Assembly: GCA_038496445.1 (NCBI GenBank)
Contig: JALMLS010000310.1
Location: forward strand, 62,001 to 126,000
Length of the DNA stretch: 64,000 bases
Direction of reading: 5' to 3'
Origin: Trichosphaerium sp. ATCC 40318
Lineage: Eukaryota > Protista > Tubulinea
The translations under genes and the position numbers were made by a program. Under the pieces are notes generated by a model that made no database searches, had not been told where the DNA came from, and saw nothing but the letters and a program-made list of their open reading frames with translations. This document shows, piece by piece, positions 49,433 to 62,144 of this stretch; position 1 is the first letter of the stretch; the number at the start of each line of letters is the position of its first letter.

Positions 49433-51231
49433 TCAAATCCACGCTTTGTTGTATACCCAGTTTTCTATCATTACCTTACTTGATTGTGGTTGATCCATTG
49501 GACTTAAACAAACAGTATTTAGATGATCACGTGACGCAAGATTCAAAACAGAAAAGATATTTAATTTTTGTTCAACGGCGTACCATAAGTGACCAGCACC
49601 TGCAACCATGACCAAAGTAAGAGTGTCAGCTTTAGTTAAATACAACCTAGATGTTCCAACTGATATTGGGCGACTTACAGCTCTAGACGTTTCTGTAAGG
49701 GATGTGTAAGGGAACAAATGAATATTTGTGTACTTTTGGAATGCGTCTGAACTTCTCCATTTTACTGATATTGCTACTTGTCTTGTGCTTTGGTACCCCA
49801 AGAAAGGATCGAATTGACCAGCATATAGAAGTACTTCAGTAAACGAGAAGTGGTTAGCTTATTTTGTAGAGTTGTTTAAAGGGTTTTACCTTTGTAGTTG
49901 TTAAAAAGATCAGGTAGGAATGGCATCATCCCTTGTGGTTGTGCTTCGAACATAGAAGCTTCAAATTCAGTATTGCTAATCTACGAATAATTTAGAGTCT
50001 CAAAGCAACACTTAGGGTAGTAATAAAGCTTTGGACAACCTTGTACGTAATATTCGAAGGGACACCAAGTGCTTCCTTAATATGCGGTTGGTTTAGATAC
50101 GATTCTGCGGCACTGTAGTCGTATTCTTCGTAAGTACGCATATCATAGATATTTGGGAATCCACTTGATGCTAGTACAGAACCAAATGTTTCTCCTGAAG
50201 ATGTACTTTTAGTTCACAGTTTTCACTAAACAATTAAATTGCATACCTATAAACACCATTGCTTCGTAATAGTTCCCAGCCTGTATACTATCCCTGGCAT
50301 CATTAGCGGCATCCAATGACTCTTTAAATCCGTTTTCATCTACTAGTCCCAAGGAATAGTCGAAATCTGCAGAGCTTCTAACTTGTATTTGTGGTTCTAT
50401 CCACCCATTTCCAATCGATAATCCAACGAGGTTAATCTTTAGTGAAACATCCGGATTTTGATTTGCCAAGAAGATTTTATGCGCTAGTAACGGCACATAA
50501 TGACCTCAAACCATGTTAAGGCGCATAGGTAATAAGTACATACATACCACCAAATGATTCTCCTGTAATGTAAAAGTCGTTTTTTTGCAAAGATGGATAT
50601 TTTTCAAACCACATTGTCAATGCGCTGTAGAGTTGGTCGGCTACCACAGTTTAGCTATACTACTCATATATTTTCACAAGTACCTTGTTCCGGATTTGTA
50701 GTAACTAATTTTCCAGCAGTGTGACTGTATCCGACTCCGGCAGGTTGATCAACAAACAGCATATTAAAATGTTCATTCCAAGTATATTCACGTTTGGACA
50801 GAGACATATCAGGCTGTACTTGATATGGTCCAAGCTTAATAGCAATTAGCAAAGTTTTTTAACGGCAAACATCCAAGATACACAGAGAAACTATTGAGGT
50901 AAAATCACGTGTGGACCGTTATTTTGTGACGGCAAATTTTCAAGAACGTTTTTCTGAACTTGGCAAGGTTTACCTCGTAAAAGAAGCCAATAAAATCGCT
51001 TGCTCCTGGCCCACCGTTTAACCAGAGAAGTAATGGCGCTGATACATTGCCATCTTGAGCAGGACAGTACCAATAAAATCTGTACAGTTGTTATTACGTT
51101 ATCGCTGGTATTAAAACGCACATGCTTGTGTCTGTTTCTGGAATAATAGGTAAATATCCTGTATCACAATTAGGAAGTGGCGAAGCCATACATACAGTCA
51201 GTGATGATATAAATAAAATGACCAGCAACAT
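49433..51231 (-). CDS. Serine carboxypeptidase (family S10, CPVL/vitellogenic-like)
   Basis: Signal peptide; PLLLWLNGGPGAS, FYELGPY, TWNEHFNMLFVDQPAGVGYS, FYITGESFG|GHYVP (catalytic Ser), GLSIGNGWIEP, LYAGQFD (Asp), GAGHL|CPMDQP (His). Confidence 0.95.
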
Positions 51232-51573
51232 TTCTACTGCAGGTTGGCAATGAAGAAAAAAAAAAGAGAGTAAAGTCAATGACAGTTGTGGCTCTTAGCA
51301 AACATTGAATGTACGTCATTGTTGCATTACAAAGCTATAAACAGTGGTGTAGCATAACGTTTGGAGTTCTTATAAGAAGGACAATTCATACTGCCATTCT
51401 TGAGTGTTACGACAACTTTTATTGTATGAGCCAAAGAATAAATACATACACAAGAGCTAATCTTACAACTTTCGCAAAAAAACTAAACTTAACCATGTCT
51501 CTGAGAGATTGAGTCAACGCAAGTTCTTAGTCTACATTCATTGCGCAAACGATTACCAAATCAATTAGCTAAA

Positions 51574-52304
51574 ATGAACTTTACTGTACCAATAACAGAC
51601 GTTTCTCAGTATTTTGGTTCCCCGGAAGAAATGGTAACTATCGCAGTAGAAGATAAGAAGCTTTACGCTCATGGGCTAGTGCTGTCAATGCATAGCCCTG
51701 TCTTTGAAGCAATGCTGAAACAACCTATGAAAGAGGGTAAAACAAGAGTTATCACCCTTGAGGTACAGCACAGACGCCTAAAACGTGTTTGTGGTAATTC
51801 CGCTGTTAGGGCAAGACGTACAAGGATGTTTATAACCTACTGTCCCATATGTACGACCCACAGCCAATACCGGAGGAAAACTTGGTCCGATTATTGGAGC
51901 TTGGAAAGGAGTATCTGATGGAACGTCTTATTCAGAAGTGTGTCAAAGAAATTAAGAGTCTTCCTTGTAACTCGGGTATGTAGTTGTGAAAACTGTGTTG
52001 TATAATAAAATGAGTAGAACGATTTGTGGCAATTGATAAATGTGGTGAAAAATACCGGCATGTTGTATCAACTAAGTTCATACCTTGGGCAATTAATAAC
52101 TATGGGTGCCTATCAGATATTTTACATTTGTTAACTGAACAAACCACTTCGGAACTTGCACTGAAAACAAAATTGTGTATTGCTCACTTCAATTCGGAGG
52201 TTGCTCGCCTACAGCCTGTACTAGAAGCAATAAGTAGATTAGAATCGAGCAAATCCATTGTTGCTCATGAAACAAGAACCACTCTACAATTGGTCTTGGT
52301 GTGA
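51574..52304 (+). CDS. BTB/POZ domain protein, 3 exons
   Basis: VTIAVEDKKLYAHGLVLSMHSPVFEAMLKQPMKEGKTRVITLE|GKTYKDVYNLLSHMY...LLELGKEYLMERLIQKC. Confidence 0.88.
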
Positions 52305-52687
52305 CACCAGCCTTCTTCAATGAGTTTAACATACTCTTTCGCTCTAATGTACAAGAAATTGCTGAGGAGTTATCTTTAGAATTAACATGTATGTAGCATT
52401 CCCAACAAATAGCACAACTTTCAGACCTTATTGACACCTAAATTTACCTCGTAAGTCACATTACTTGCAAGTATTTAACAGTGAAAGATAAAATATGCTA
52501 CTCTCATCTGAGAATTATTTCTTGTCTAATACTACAAGCAATACCTTCCTAGGTTCTTTTAACCTTGTTTACGAATACGTAATCTATATTAATGTGATAT
52601 ATTTAAATAAACAACTAGTGAGTAACTTATCAACGACCTTGTGATTGGTAAAATAACAAAAAAATTTATCCTCTCAAATTTGTGTCA

Positions 52688-54145
52688 CTAAGTATTCCTT
52701 GTCTGTAATTGACCATCTGGTGCCCATTCCTCGAATTCACCATGTTTTTTGTCATTGATGTAAACACCAACTGAGCGAACTTGACCATTCTTGTACCACT
52801 CTTTGTGCTCGCCGTTCTTCTGACCAGCAACATACATAGATTGTAGCTTCAGATTACCATTACTAAACCAAATACGTTGAACTCCTTCTCTTGCACCATT
52901 CTCATAATAGCATTGTTCCCATAGCTTGCCATTATCATACCACTTATTGTATTCTCCTTCAAGTTTATCATAGATATAGTAGCAATGTTCTTCAAGTTGA
53001 CCATTTTCATACCAGTCTTTACTTTCGCCAGTAATACTTCCATTATCAAACATACATTGTAAGCTCAATTTTCCGTTCTCGTGCCACGCCTTAAACTCAC
53101 CATTTTTATCACCATCAATAAGCATAGCTTGTAACTTCATTTGTCCATTCTCGTACCACTCCTCATGTTTGCCATGTCGCTTGCCATCAACATACAAAGA
53201 TCGCATATGGAGGACTCCATTTTCATGCCATTCACTGTACACACCATGCCTCTCGCCTTTTACAAATGTATCTTGAAACCTTAATCGTCCATTAAAAAAC
53301 CATTCTCTGTGCTCACCTTCCTTTTTACCACGAACAAACATACCTTGGGAACACCGTTGTCCATTGGTACACCACACTTTGCATTCACCATGCCTTTTAC
53401 CATCAACCCACATAGTATGGTCCCTGAGAGTTCCATCTTCATACCAAGACTTGCACTCGCCATTCTTTTCGCCATTGACGAACACAGCAGTTTCTTTAAG
53501 TTGACCATGCGTGTACCAAACCTTACACTCGCCATCTTTTTTATCATCAACAAAATGACTTTGTTCAACAACTTGTCCGCTATCACACCAAAGCTTGAGA
53601 TCGCCGTTCCGTTTACCCTTAACATACATACTTTCCCCCATTATTTGCCCACTCCTGAACCATGCCTGTTGTAACCCATCATGCTCATTATCTACCCATT
53701 TACAAAGCACTTCAATTTGTCCATTATCATACCACCTTTTTTCGGTTCCTTGTCTTTTGCAATTAACAACCTTTAATTCAGACTTCAGTTCTCCATTTTC
53801 ATACCATACCTTCTGCATACCGTTGGGTTTATCATCGATAAACGTAGCTTTTGTCTTGACTTCTCCAGTCTCGTACCACTCCGTTGCCTCACCGTGTCTC
53901 TTTCCATCAACCATCGTTAATCTATGATGTTTCTTCCCAGAACGGTACCAATATATCCAACTACCATTCCTTTCAAGTGAGGTATTGTAGCGAGTGTTGA
54001 TTGCGGCCTGTTTTGAGAGACGAGGGAATTTTTTATAAATTTCAGCGGCAAAAGTACATAAATAACGCTGGATATCGCGAGGAATATCTAATATAGTACA
54101 CCGGGTTGTGATAGTAGGGTTATAAGGCCCAAGCTTTGCTGACAT
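52688..54145 (-). CDS. F-box-like plus MORN-variant repeat protein, intronless
   Basis: ILDIPRDIQRYLCTF...LSKQAAINTRYNTSLERNGSWIYWY (clear paralogue of 15409-16740), then ~17 repeats of 24 aa, WYENG. Confidence 0.88.
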   Translation of the reverse strand: MSAKLGPYNPTITTRCTILDIPRDIQRYLCTFAAEIYKKFPRLSKQAAINTRYNTSLERNGSWIYWYRSGKKHHRLTMVDGKRHGEATEWYETGEVKTKATFIDDKPNGMQKVWYENGELKSELKVVNCKRQGTEKRWYDNGQIEVLCKWVDNEHDGLQQAWFRSGQIMGESMYVKGKRNGDLKLWCDSGQVVEQSHFVDDKKDGECKVWYTHGQLKETAVFVNGEKNGECKSWYEDGTLRDHTMWVDGKRHGECKVWCTNGQRCSQGMFVRGKKEGEHREWFFNGRLRFQDTFVKGERHGVYSEWHENGVLHMRSLYVDGKRHGKHEEWYENGQMKLQAMLIDGDKNGEFKAWHENGKLSLQCMFDNGSITGESKDWYENGQLEEHCYYIYDKLEGEYNKWYDNGKLWEQCYYENGAREGVQRIWFSNGNLKLQSMYVAGQKNGEHKEWYKNGQVRSVGVYINDKKHGEFEEWAPDGQLQTRNT

Positions 54146-54359
54146 TTGGAAACACGTGTTATTTCTGTACTAATAACGTTTGTTGAGTTCGAAAGTAACG
54201 AGAACGCTTTCAATTCAAGCACTACTGTCGAACAACGTTCGAATAGCAATTGAAGGACTTTCAGTAAGGATAGGTTGAACAATGGAATTTTATACATATA
54301 AAATATTGTTATTGGTTTTATGAACTACAATACGGTTCTTTTGCCTGCTTGCGGTGTGT

Positions 54360-57300
54360 TTAGTTGGTCAGATAGTCGATTTCAGTTAGCCTTTCGAATT
54401 TCCTTGATTTTTTCCTTTTTTGAATTTGCACACGCACAAACCTAACGCAAGACCATGCCTACAAACAAAGGTAAGCCGAAAAAAATATCAAATGTGGTTC
54501 GGGGACATACAACAACAAATACTGCCCAAATAATAGGTATGATAGTACATATGAACCCTATAACAGCAAGTGCTTTCGAAACACCAATTTGGAACGAATC
54601 CTGTGTATTAGATTCTCCTAAAGATTATTATGTTTTTTTTTGATTCTCAGTATTTTCTTGCATCAACAAAAAGAAAGTAACAGATAAAGTACCGGCTGAT
54701 GCCAAAGTAGCTGTCCGGACATTAATGAGAGATAAAATCCACAATAGTGTTAATGATACTGTTTCAGAGTACATAGAAATTTTATCCTTCCAAGCTCTGC
54801 GAAAAAAACTGTTACATAATCTAAAAGAAAAGAAAAATCAAAGCTCTTTATGTTGCTATCAGAATTGCAAAAGTGTACCTGCATATGAGGTGCACAACCA
54901 TCATAATATACAAGAAAAAGGATAAGCTTGCAGCTCTTAAAAAGGAGTCCGTGATGAATGCAAAAAGTGCTATAAGTATAAACCGTCTGCTCATCAACAA
55001 ACATTCCCACCTATTTTACCATTACTATTAAAATTGTATTTCATTTGCATACCACCACATCGATTTTACGTATGGATATTGAAGAATCTTAAGAACGGCA
55101 ACTTGTCTCATCGAAGGCATAGATTTGTTCATGAGACTAACAACAAATTAATTCAAAGCAAAACTACTTGGATAACACTAACATGAATTGCCAAATCCAA
55201 AGAACGAAAGGCAAAGGTGTGAGTACAACTCCAACAAAAGCTAACAAGAGCCATTGCCACCAAGCAGTACATTCTACATGAGCAGCTCGCCTTTTCAGAG
55301 AATTGAGTAAGCTAAGAATAAACTCGTGGGTACTTAGTACCATAATCGAGATTGTCCTTCTATTGATACACAGTGAAGCAACTCGAAACTTGCATAACTA
55401 AAACCAGTATAACACATTAATCCCAAAGATAGCAATGCGGCTGTCAGGCGCTGGGCGACCGTCTAAATGCCAAGTAAGTACGAGAAAAGCCGTAGTATAG
55501 ACATACTGTAATGTTATCCTTATCTGGATCATATCCATTGTACGTCCTATGGAATTCAACTTCTTCTCTGAAAGCCACACGACGAGATAAAATATATTGC
55601 CCAATAAATAATATCAGCAATACTATGAATAGTAAAACTGGTACAAGGAAGAAGACGCCTAATAATATTACAACAGAAACAACAGAAGAAAGAGTAGTAC
55701 TGATTTTTTCGATTGTCGTTAAGCCAGAAAAGATACAGAATCCTTGAAAAGAACCGACTAGATCTAAGTTGGATAAAGAGCTAATCTCCTTGCTAACAAC
55801 TGAAAGATCGTATTGAAATACGTCTGCTGATGGTGGCATTACAACAAACACCTAGAAAAATAGTCAAGAAAAAAACAAGAAAAAACGAAGTGCTTACCAC
55901 TTGGTAGAAGTAGATGACAATTTTTAAGTGACCCTCTTTGCCATGAGGTACTATTAGCATAGACGCAACATACATAAAACCCAGAATTAGGACAACCACA
56001 ATTGCAATAATTGCGTTTATTGACTTGCATTCGTCCTACAATTTGTATTAAACGTACACCGTTGTAATTCCCATAGTTGCTATTTCTAGTAAATCAAAAC
56101 GTACTGAGTGTACACAATTAGTTGTGCCGAATGTTTCAGAAAAGCCTTGTTTACAAGAACCACAGAGAATGCCTTAACAAATTAAAAAAACTGCAGGAGC
56201 TTTTAATACGTTACCAGTTCGATTTCCTTCGCAATGATTGTATTTACAGTCTTTTTTTGTAGCAGGACAACAATATCCCTGTTCAAAAGTAAGAAAGCAA
56301 AAAGAACATAAACAAACAGTACATCAGGACATGGATAAAAAGATAGTTCGTCTTGCGAATTTAACACGCCATAGAATCCAGGTAATGCCCTCACTTCTGA
56401 ATTTCCTATTAAGATATCATATCAGTGCCTCTTATAAGATGAAGTAATCACCTATACATAGCCCACCATAAGGACACGTATTACAACTGATATTGAAATC
56501 ATCAGACCCTTTTTAAGTATAAGTTTAGTTTAAGCTAGCGTGCCGGACTTTAAGCATACCTCGCTCAAAACTGTAAGTACCACTTGGACAAGAAGAGCAA
56601 GCATAAGACCAAAAAGAGTGAGATACAGTAGTGAAGTTTTCAGCTTGCATAATGTAACCTAACACAAAACAGTAAGCTATGGATGTAGCTAAGTTGTTAA
56701 CCTTCTGGGCAAGTTATCAAAGTGTCAGCGAATTTAAGGTGAAGTCCACCGCGACTATATACATTCCATACTTCTATACCATTGAGGATACGAGCATGTT
56801 CGCCTGTAAGCGAAATATTACACGTTGTAAATGCCAAGCGACCATTCGATTGAGAAAACACCTTTTTGTGTCAGAAAAGTGAGCTGTAACATCCGTCTGT
56901 CTCGCTTTATAACACGTACAGCAGATCCATGAGAGGAAGTATTATTTTCCCATACGCAATCAAGACCATTCAACGAAGTGAGTGTATCAAGGTACATACC
57001 TAAAGATGAAACGATTGGCTTAATTAATTGTCTCGCTTAAGCTTAATCTTTACCTCCACCGAAAGTACCAGCGTGATTTTGTATGAATGATACACTAGTA
57101 GCTTGTATCTCTACATCTCCGTTTGCCATAATACCTCCACCAACTGTTGTGACTTTATTATTAAAGAAAGTTACGTTGGTTAAAGCCATAGAATCTGTAT
57201 TCGATCCAATCATTGTTAAGCCACCTCCTGTACGAGCTTTGTTATTTTTAAAAGTGCCTATTGTCTTTGTAAGTAATCACACGGCTAGTAACACTCTAAA

Positions 57301-58713
57301 GAACGAACGTAAAAACTAAAACAGTAAAGAGATTATTGAAATTTAAAATATAATTTCAAGAGGTGTACAATTAGTAAACTCCATGTAGTTGTTTGTGACG
57401 TTAACCTCTCTGCTGCCAAAGTTCGCAAAAATACCGCCGCCACCAAATTTGGACACAACATTATTACCTATTCATAGGTGATGACAACAAACAACACAAA
57501 CGAATTAAATACGTACTGAACAATGTGTCATGAAATATATAAGTGTTTTCAGCGCCATTCTTGTCAAATGATAACACCACCGCTCCTCCTTCATTTATCG
57601 CTGTATTATCAATGAATTCATTTCCAATAAACTCAGCATAATCGCGGTCTTTGAAAACCTGAAAACAAAATGTTAAGCAATGTTATTGTTTATGTCTTTT
57701 TTAGATACCTTGAAATGAAACGATACTACACCACTCCCAGCTGAGTTGTTTACAAACTTGTTGTTCAGTATATGATGTGATGTTGGTATTTGTTCAGTGC
57801 CAAGGAAAGATATACAAGAACCCAAAGCAGCGGCACGATTTTCTGTAAAAACACTTGATTCAACTCTATAATTTAGAGTATTCTACAACACAGTTGTTTT
57901 TGAATGAAGAACACATGACGCTGCGTTTTTTTTTTGCGTACCTCGATACTAATGGCTCCACCTTCATTGCCTCCATAAAAATTGTTTGTGAAGGAGCAAT
58001 TAACAAAAGTAGCGTTAAATCCATTCTTTACTGCTATAGCACTCCATCCTGGATAATTCAAGCCACCACATCTGGTTATTGTCAATCCATAAAAAGCTAC
58101 GCTTTGGTCTGGATTAAGCAAAAAATAAAGTCCTTGACTTTGTCAGTACTACGCAGTACACACGTGTCTAATAAATAGTACCAGATACGTCATATCCATC
58201 CTTGGAACCACAGTCAATGACTGCTCCATTATCCGCCTCAAAAATCAAATCCTTATTCGCAATGGTTAGATTTCCTTCTTGATAAACACCGCTAGCGAAA
58301 TGTATGTGTCCAGCTATTACAACAGTCAGATGGCTCTGAAATTAATGCGGATATAGGCTTGCCATTATCTACTTTATGAATAGAGCCTTTTATTGTCTTG
58401 CAAGGCTTTTCAGGCGTTGTACATTCGAAATCGTCACTGCCTTTACGATGTTTGTTCAAAAAAAAAGTACTTGTATTGAAAACGAACTGCTTACCATCAG
58501 GTGACAGATAAATATCCTGGCGAGAGATATCTACATGATAAAGTACGTACTCATCGTCTAGTGAACATTAATCTTTTTTTTGACAGTTACAACGCAGTTA
58601 CCATCTAGAGTTTCGCTAATGGTATGAAACGACGCCTTCACGTGCGTTTTAATACTTATTTGTAGAAAAAGAAATAACAGCGCCATACAAGCGTAAGAAT
58701 GCCATAGAGACAT
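54360..58713 (-). CDS. Large receptor-like protein: beta-helix (polymorphic membrane protein GGA[IV]/FxxN) repeats, Cys-rich region and multipass TM domain, >20 exons
   Basis: Signal peptide; repeats FTNNFYGGNEGGAISI, FIDNTAINEGGAVV, FKNNKARTGGGL, FFNNKVTTVGGGI; CSSCPSGTY, CPYGGLC, ALPGFYG, GNRTG-ILCGSCKQGFS; TM region starting LKIVIYFYQV. Confidence 0.82.
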
Positions 58714-58941
58714 AAAACCAGATACGTTGAGAAGGTGTAATGTTCTCGAAAAAGTGTTGGCTATTTTCTGATGTCCTTAATCAGTCACGCGGGTTTTTTT
58801 TGTCCGCAAGAAATAAATGTAAAAACTGTTAAAAAAAAGCTTCTAATTACGCATAATACACGCGACTGAGTTATCTCTTGAGTAAAATTACAATAAAAGA
58901 GTGACAGTTTCATAGTACTTCTTTGAGAAATGAGAAATTAA

Positions 58942-59903
58942 TCACTTGTTTGCTGCACGGCTAAGTTTCTTCATAATCACCTAGTGGCATGATAAGAGAC
59001 GATCAAATAACAGGAATACTATCCGCGTACATCTTCTTCAAGGTCGTGCTCAGATGAAGCATCAATTTGAAGATGCACAGGGTCAAGAAAACGACCTAGT
59101 AAAACAATCAAATATCTGTGACGGAAATATCACGTGATATTCCGTGAGTACATACCTATATCCCATGATCTACCATGCATCAAACCTTTTTGTAGAGCAG
59201 GTATACCAGCAGGGTTCCTTGGATGATATTTAGTGACCTCTTGCCAACAGTTTTGGTTTTGACGTACCATGTAATGTATACGAATTTGTAGACTTCATTT
59301 TCGTCTAGGCGCAATCTAATGAGGCCAAACCTGCAAATGGTTTAGTAAGAGTATAGCCAAGGATACGACAAAGAATGCTGCGAATTGTTGAAAGCTATAA
59401 ATGGCATGTACATTGGTTTAGCTGGTTCAAAAGTGTCAATAAACTCTTCTAGGTCTCCATCACTTTTCTCGTATACTGTGAGAGCATTTGATGTTCCTTT
59501 GTATGAGTAAATAACCCTGCAGAATATATTTAGCTTTAAACGCCTTGATAGTATCTACAACTGCAAAATAGTGCGTCGAAGAGTAATATTACACGCTCCG
59601 TACCAATTTATATCTGACTTAGCGTCTTTTACTTCTACAATTTTGTTAACGCGTGATTTGATGTATTTGAGGCCGACCTTTGCACGCAACAGCTAATTCT
59701 GGATCGCTCAGGTCAACTTTACCAGTTCCGACGTTAGCACCACTGACGCCCGATTTTGGGGTAGGATCCTTGTATTCTCGCTTGCTTGTAGGATATTGCG
59801 ACGTGTCAGTGCCTGTACAGCGTTTAGTTAATTATTGTAACGCTCAACATCGAAATACTGTACCGTGTTCTTTTCTTGAAAATGCGTCGTTCTTAGTACT
59901 CAT
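58942..59903 (-). CDS. Coactosin/drebrin-like ADF-H actin-binding protein, 8 exons
   Basis: VDLSDPELAVACK|EVKDAKSDINW|VIYSYKG...GDLEEF...FGLIRL...KFVYITW|NPAGIPALQKG...HLQIDASSEHDLEED|VIMKKLSRAANK*. Confidence 0.9.
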
Positions 59904-60035
59904 TATAGCGAAATAAAAGTTGCTGAGGTTTCTGTAAAGGAAACGGTTTTTTTGTAGTTGATTGGCATTGACTTCACCTGTATTGCGTTGGCAAACTACT
60001 GAGCGCTTCCCCTGAGCGAATGGTTGTCATTTCCG

Positions 60036-61917
60036 ATGGCTATTGCGCAAAAAAGTATATCATTCGCTGTTATGATCATTAACTCACTTCTTATGTATAG
60101 GCACCGCGTATTGGGGTCACTGGAATAGCGTAGAGAACCAGCGGCATTTTGTAGATACAGTAATTGCTCCAAAACTCAAAGTTTACACTCAAAACGAGTG
60201 GTACAACGTCTCACTGAATGATATAGCGGTGGCATCAGGCATATCTGGCTCCTTGCTCCACAGGTCAACCAAACACTTTAAGTCCTCACTCATAAACTAC
60301 AGGTATTCAAGCTGTACATTAAAACTATTGCGCAACGTCTACCCTGGCGCGCGTTGGCTTACGTGGAAGTTCAAGTGCGTATCAAAGTGTTTTTTCTAAT
60401 TTTGTTAACACTTCAAAAGACGGTTGCCACGTGAGTTTTGGGAGGACTTAGAAAGTCAAAGACAAAAACTAGAGTACACAGCAGAGAAGTACAATGTCAA
60501 GGAATTAGATGCATGGTATGATGTGGTCGTAATACCCGATCTTGAAGAGGATGATGCAAGCGTAAAAATGTAACCAATATTTGCAACTCAATTTTATACG
60601 CTCTGACTTGCTATTGAGTTATGGTGATTCATTGTACCAGATGCTAATCAAAGTGTATCCAAAGCATAATTGGCAGCAATGGCGTTTAAAGTACGTAACA
60701 GTGATGCTTCTGTTCATAGTTAACACCCTTTACAAGGCCAATGTATCCAGCTAAAGTATTACAACATCGTAGAGTCCTAAATGATGTTGGCCAAAAACTT
60801 AACATCAAAACAATTGATGACTGGTTTAGAGCTGATTATAATAAGGTCAAAATATTCGCAAACAGTGTTCTAAAACGGCAAGAGCTCACTAAAACAAAGC
60901 AACTTTGGCTAACAGCAAAAAAGATATGATGGATCACTTTCAAGAGCATTATCTAGTGTATATCAATATCATAGTTTTGAATCACTAGATACCACAATGC
61001 CTCGTGGATACTGGAAACAGGGAAAGGTGCAAGTGTCTTTTCTAGAGCAAGCAACAAAGATACTAAATGTAAACACACTTGAAAGCTGGTACCAACATAC
61101 TTAAGTCAATATTCTTTTTAAATGTTCAATCTTTAGGTATCGTGTATCTACTTCACAAATTAAATCAATAGCGCCAGGTATACTACCATACTTTCCAAAG
61201 ATACTTAAGTTACTCGATCCGTCATTCTCTTGGGACTGGGATAAGTTTAGTGTTTTTAAGAAACGCTCAAGACAGTTGTAAGATTTACTATTTTTTTGTT
61301 CTTCATACAACTGATGTGTTTTTACAGACAACTATCTTTTCGTATACGAGACATATTTAAGGGCATGACTGTAATTGAAGAGCATAGCATTGGTTGTTTA
61401 TCTTCAAATACTATTTTGACTGTTGATATCTATGTACCTCACTATAACTTGGCAATCGAATACCAAGGTACACCGTGCACTTTTTTTTTCAAACTACCGT
61501 AACACATTATAGGCGAGCAACACTATAATGACTTTTACAGCTTTGGTGCACCTACTGGGGTGTATTTATCGAGAGATCTAGAAAAAGTCGATTATTGTAA
61601 AAGAAATGGTGCATTGTTTTTTTTTTTATTTCGCTCTTGTTTTGTTGTTTACTTTTTTACCTCAAGGTATTACCATTGTACCCATTCCATATTGGTGGAA
61701 GGATGATATAGACAGCCTTAAATCAACACTTAATTACTATAAACCAGAATTAAATTTAAAAGTGGAATCTGGTGTTAAACCATTACTTGAAAAGCCGCAA
61801 CAAGCACTTTTGACTCATGATGGTAGTTTCAACTTTTACTTGTTCACTTTATTAATTTGTTTTCCTGTAGGCAGTGCAAAAAGTCTAATGGCTCCTGAAA
61901 AGTTAGTAGTCGCATGA
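60036..61917 (+). CDS. Trp-rich helical-repeat protein with C-terminal PD-(D/E)xK-like (restriction-endonuclease fold) domain, about 11 exons
   Basis: Four ~70-aa repeats (PRGYW...Q+xFL....L.V...DxWY...LLxRYxGSL..AL..VYP...W). C-terminal LTVDIYVPHYNLAIEYQG|EQHY...RDLEKVDYCKRN|GITIVPIPYWW. Confidence 0.8.
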
Positions 61918-62049
61918 ACCATGGTAGTGGTGAGTGATATTAAAGAACAAATGTATAATAAAAGACAAAACCGGAAAACAAGGATTGACTTCAGTAACAT
62001 GATGCATATAACAGAACAGTTACAGTATGTACACAAGGTGCGGTTTTAC

Positions 62050-62144
62050 AAAAAAAGGTGGTTGCGAAACGTGTTTCAAAGGAGGTTTAGTAGGTCTACA
62101 GGGCTATCTAGCCTTATAAACCCACGAGGTTGCCGAAGCAACAC
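62050..62144 (-). ncRNA. Candidate ~90-nt structured small RNA, unassigned
   Basis: Minus strand has a GUUGC-UUCG-GCAAC tetraloop hairpin, an 11+4 bp hairpin with three G.U pairs and a U7 tail. A TTTTAAAA element lies ~29 nt upstream. Confidence 0.45.

Noticed and set aside
35580-54145. Endogenous giant-virus insertion
   Set aside because: No viral hallmark genes (capsid, packaging ATPase, polymerase). The intronless genes are interspersed singly among intron-rich host genes.
520-59140. Recurrent CACGTG (E-box/CLEAR-like) motifs
   Set aside because: They occur in introns and exons as well as upstream regions, and ACGT is generally common here. No positional enrichment can be shown by eye.
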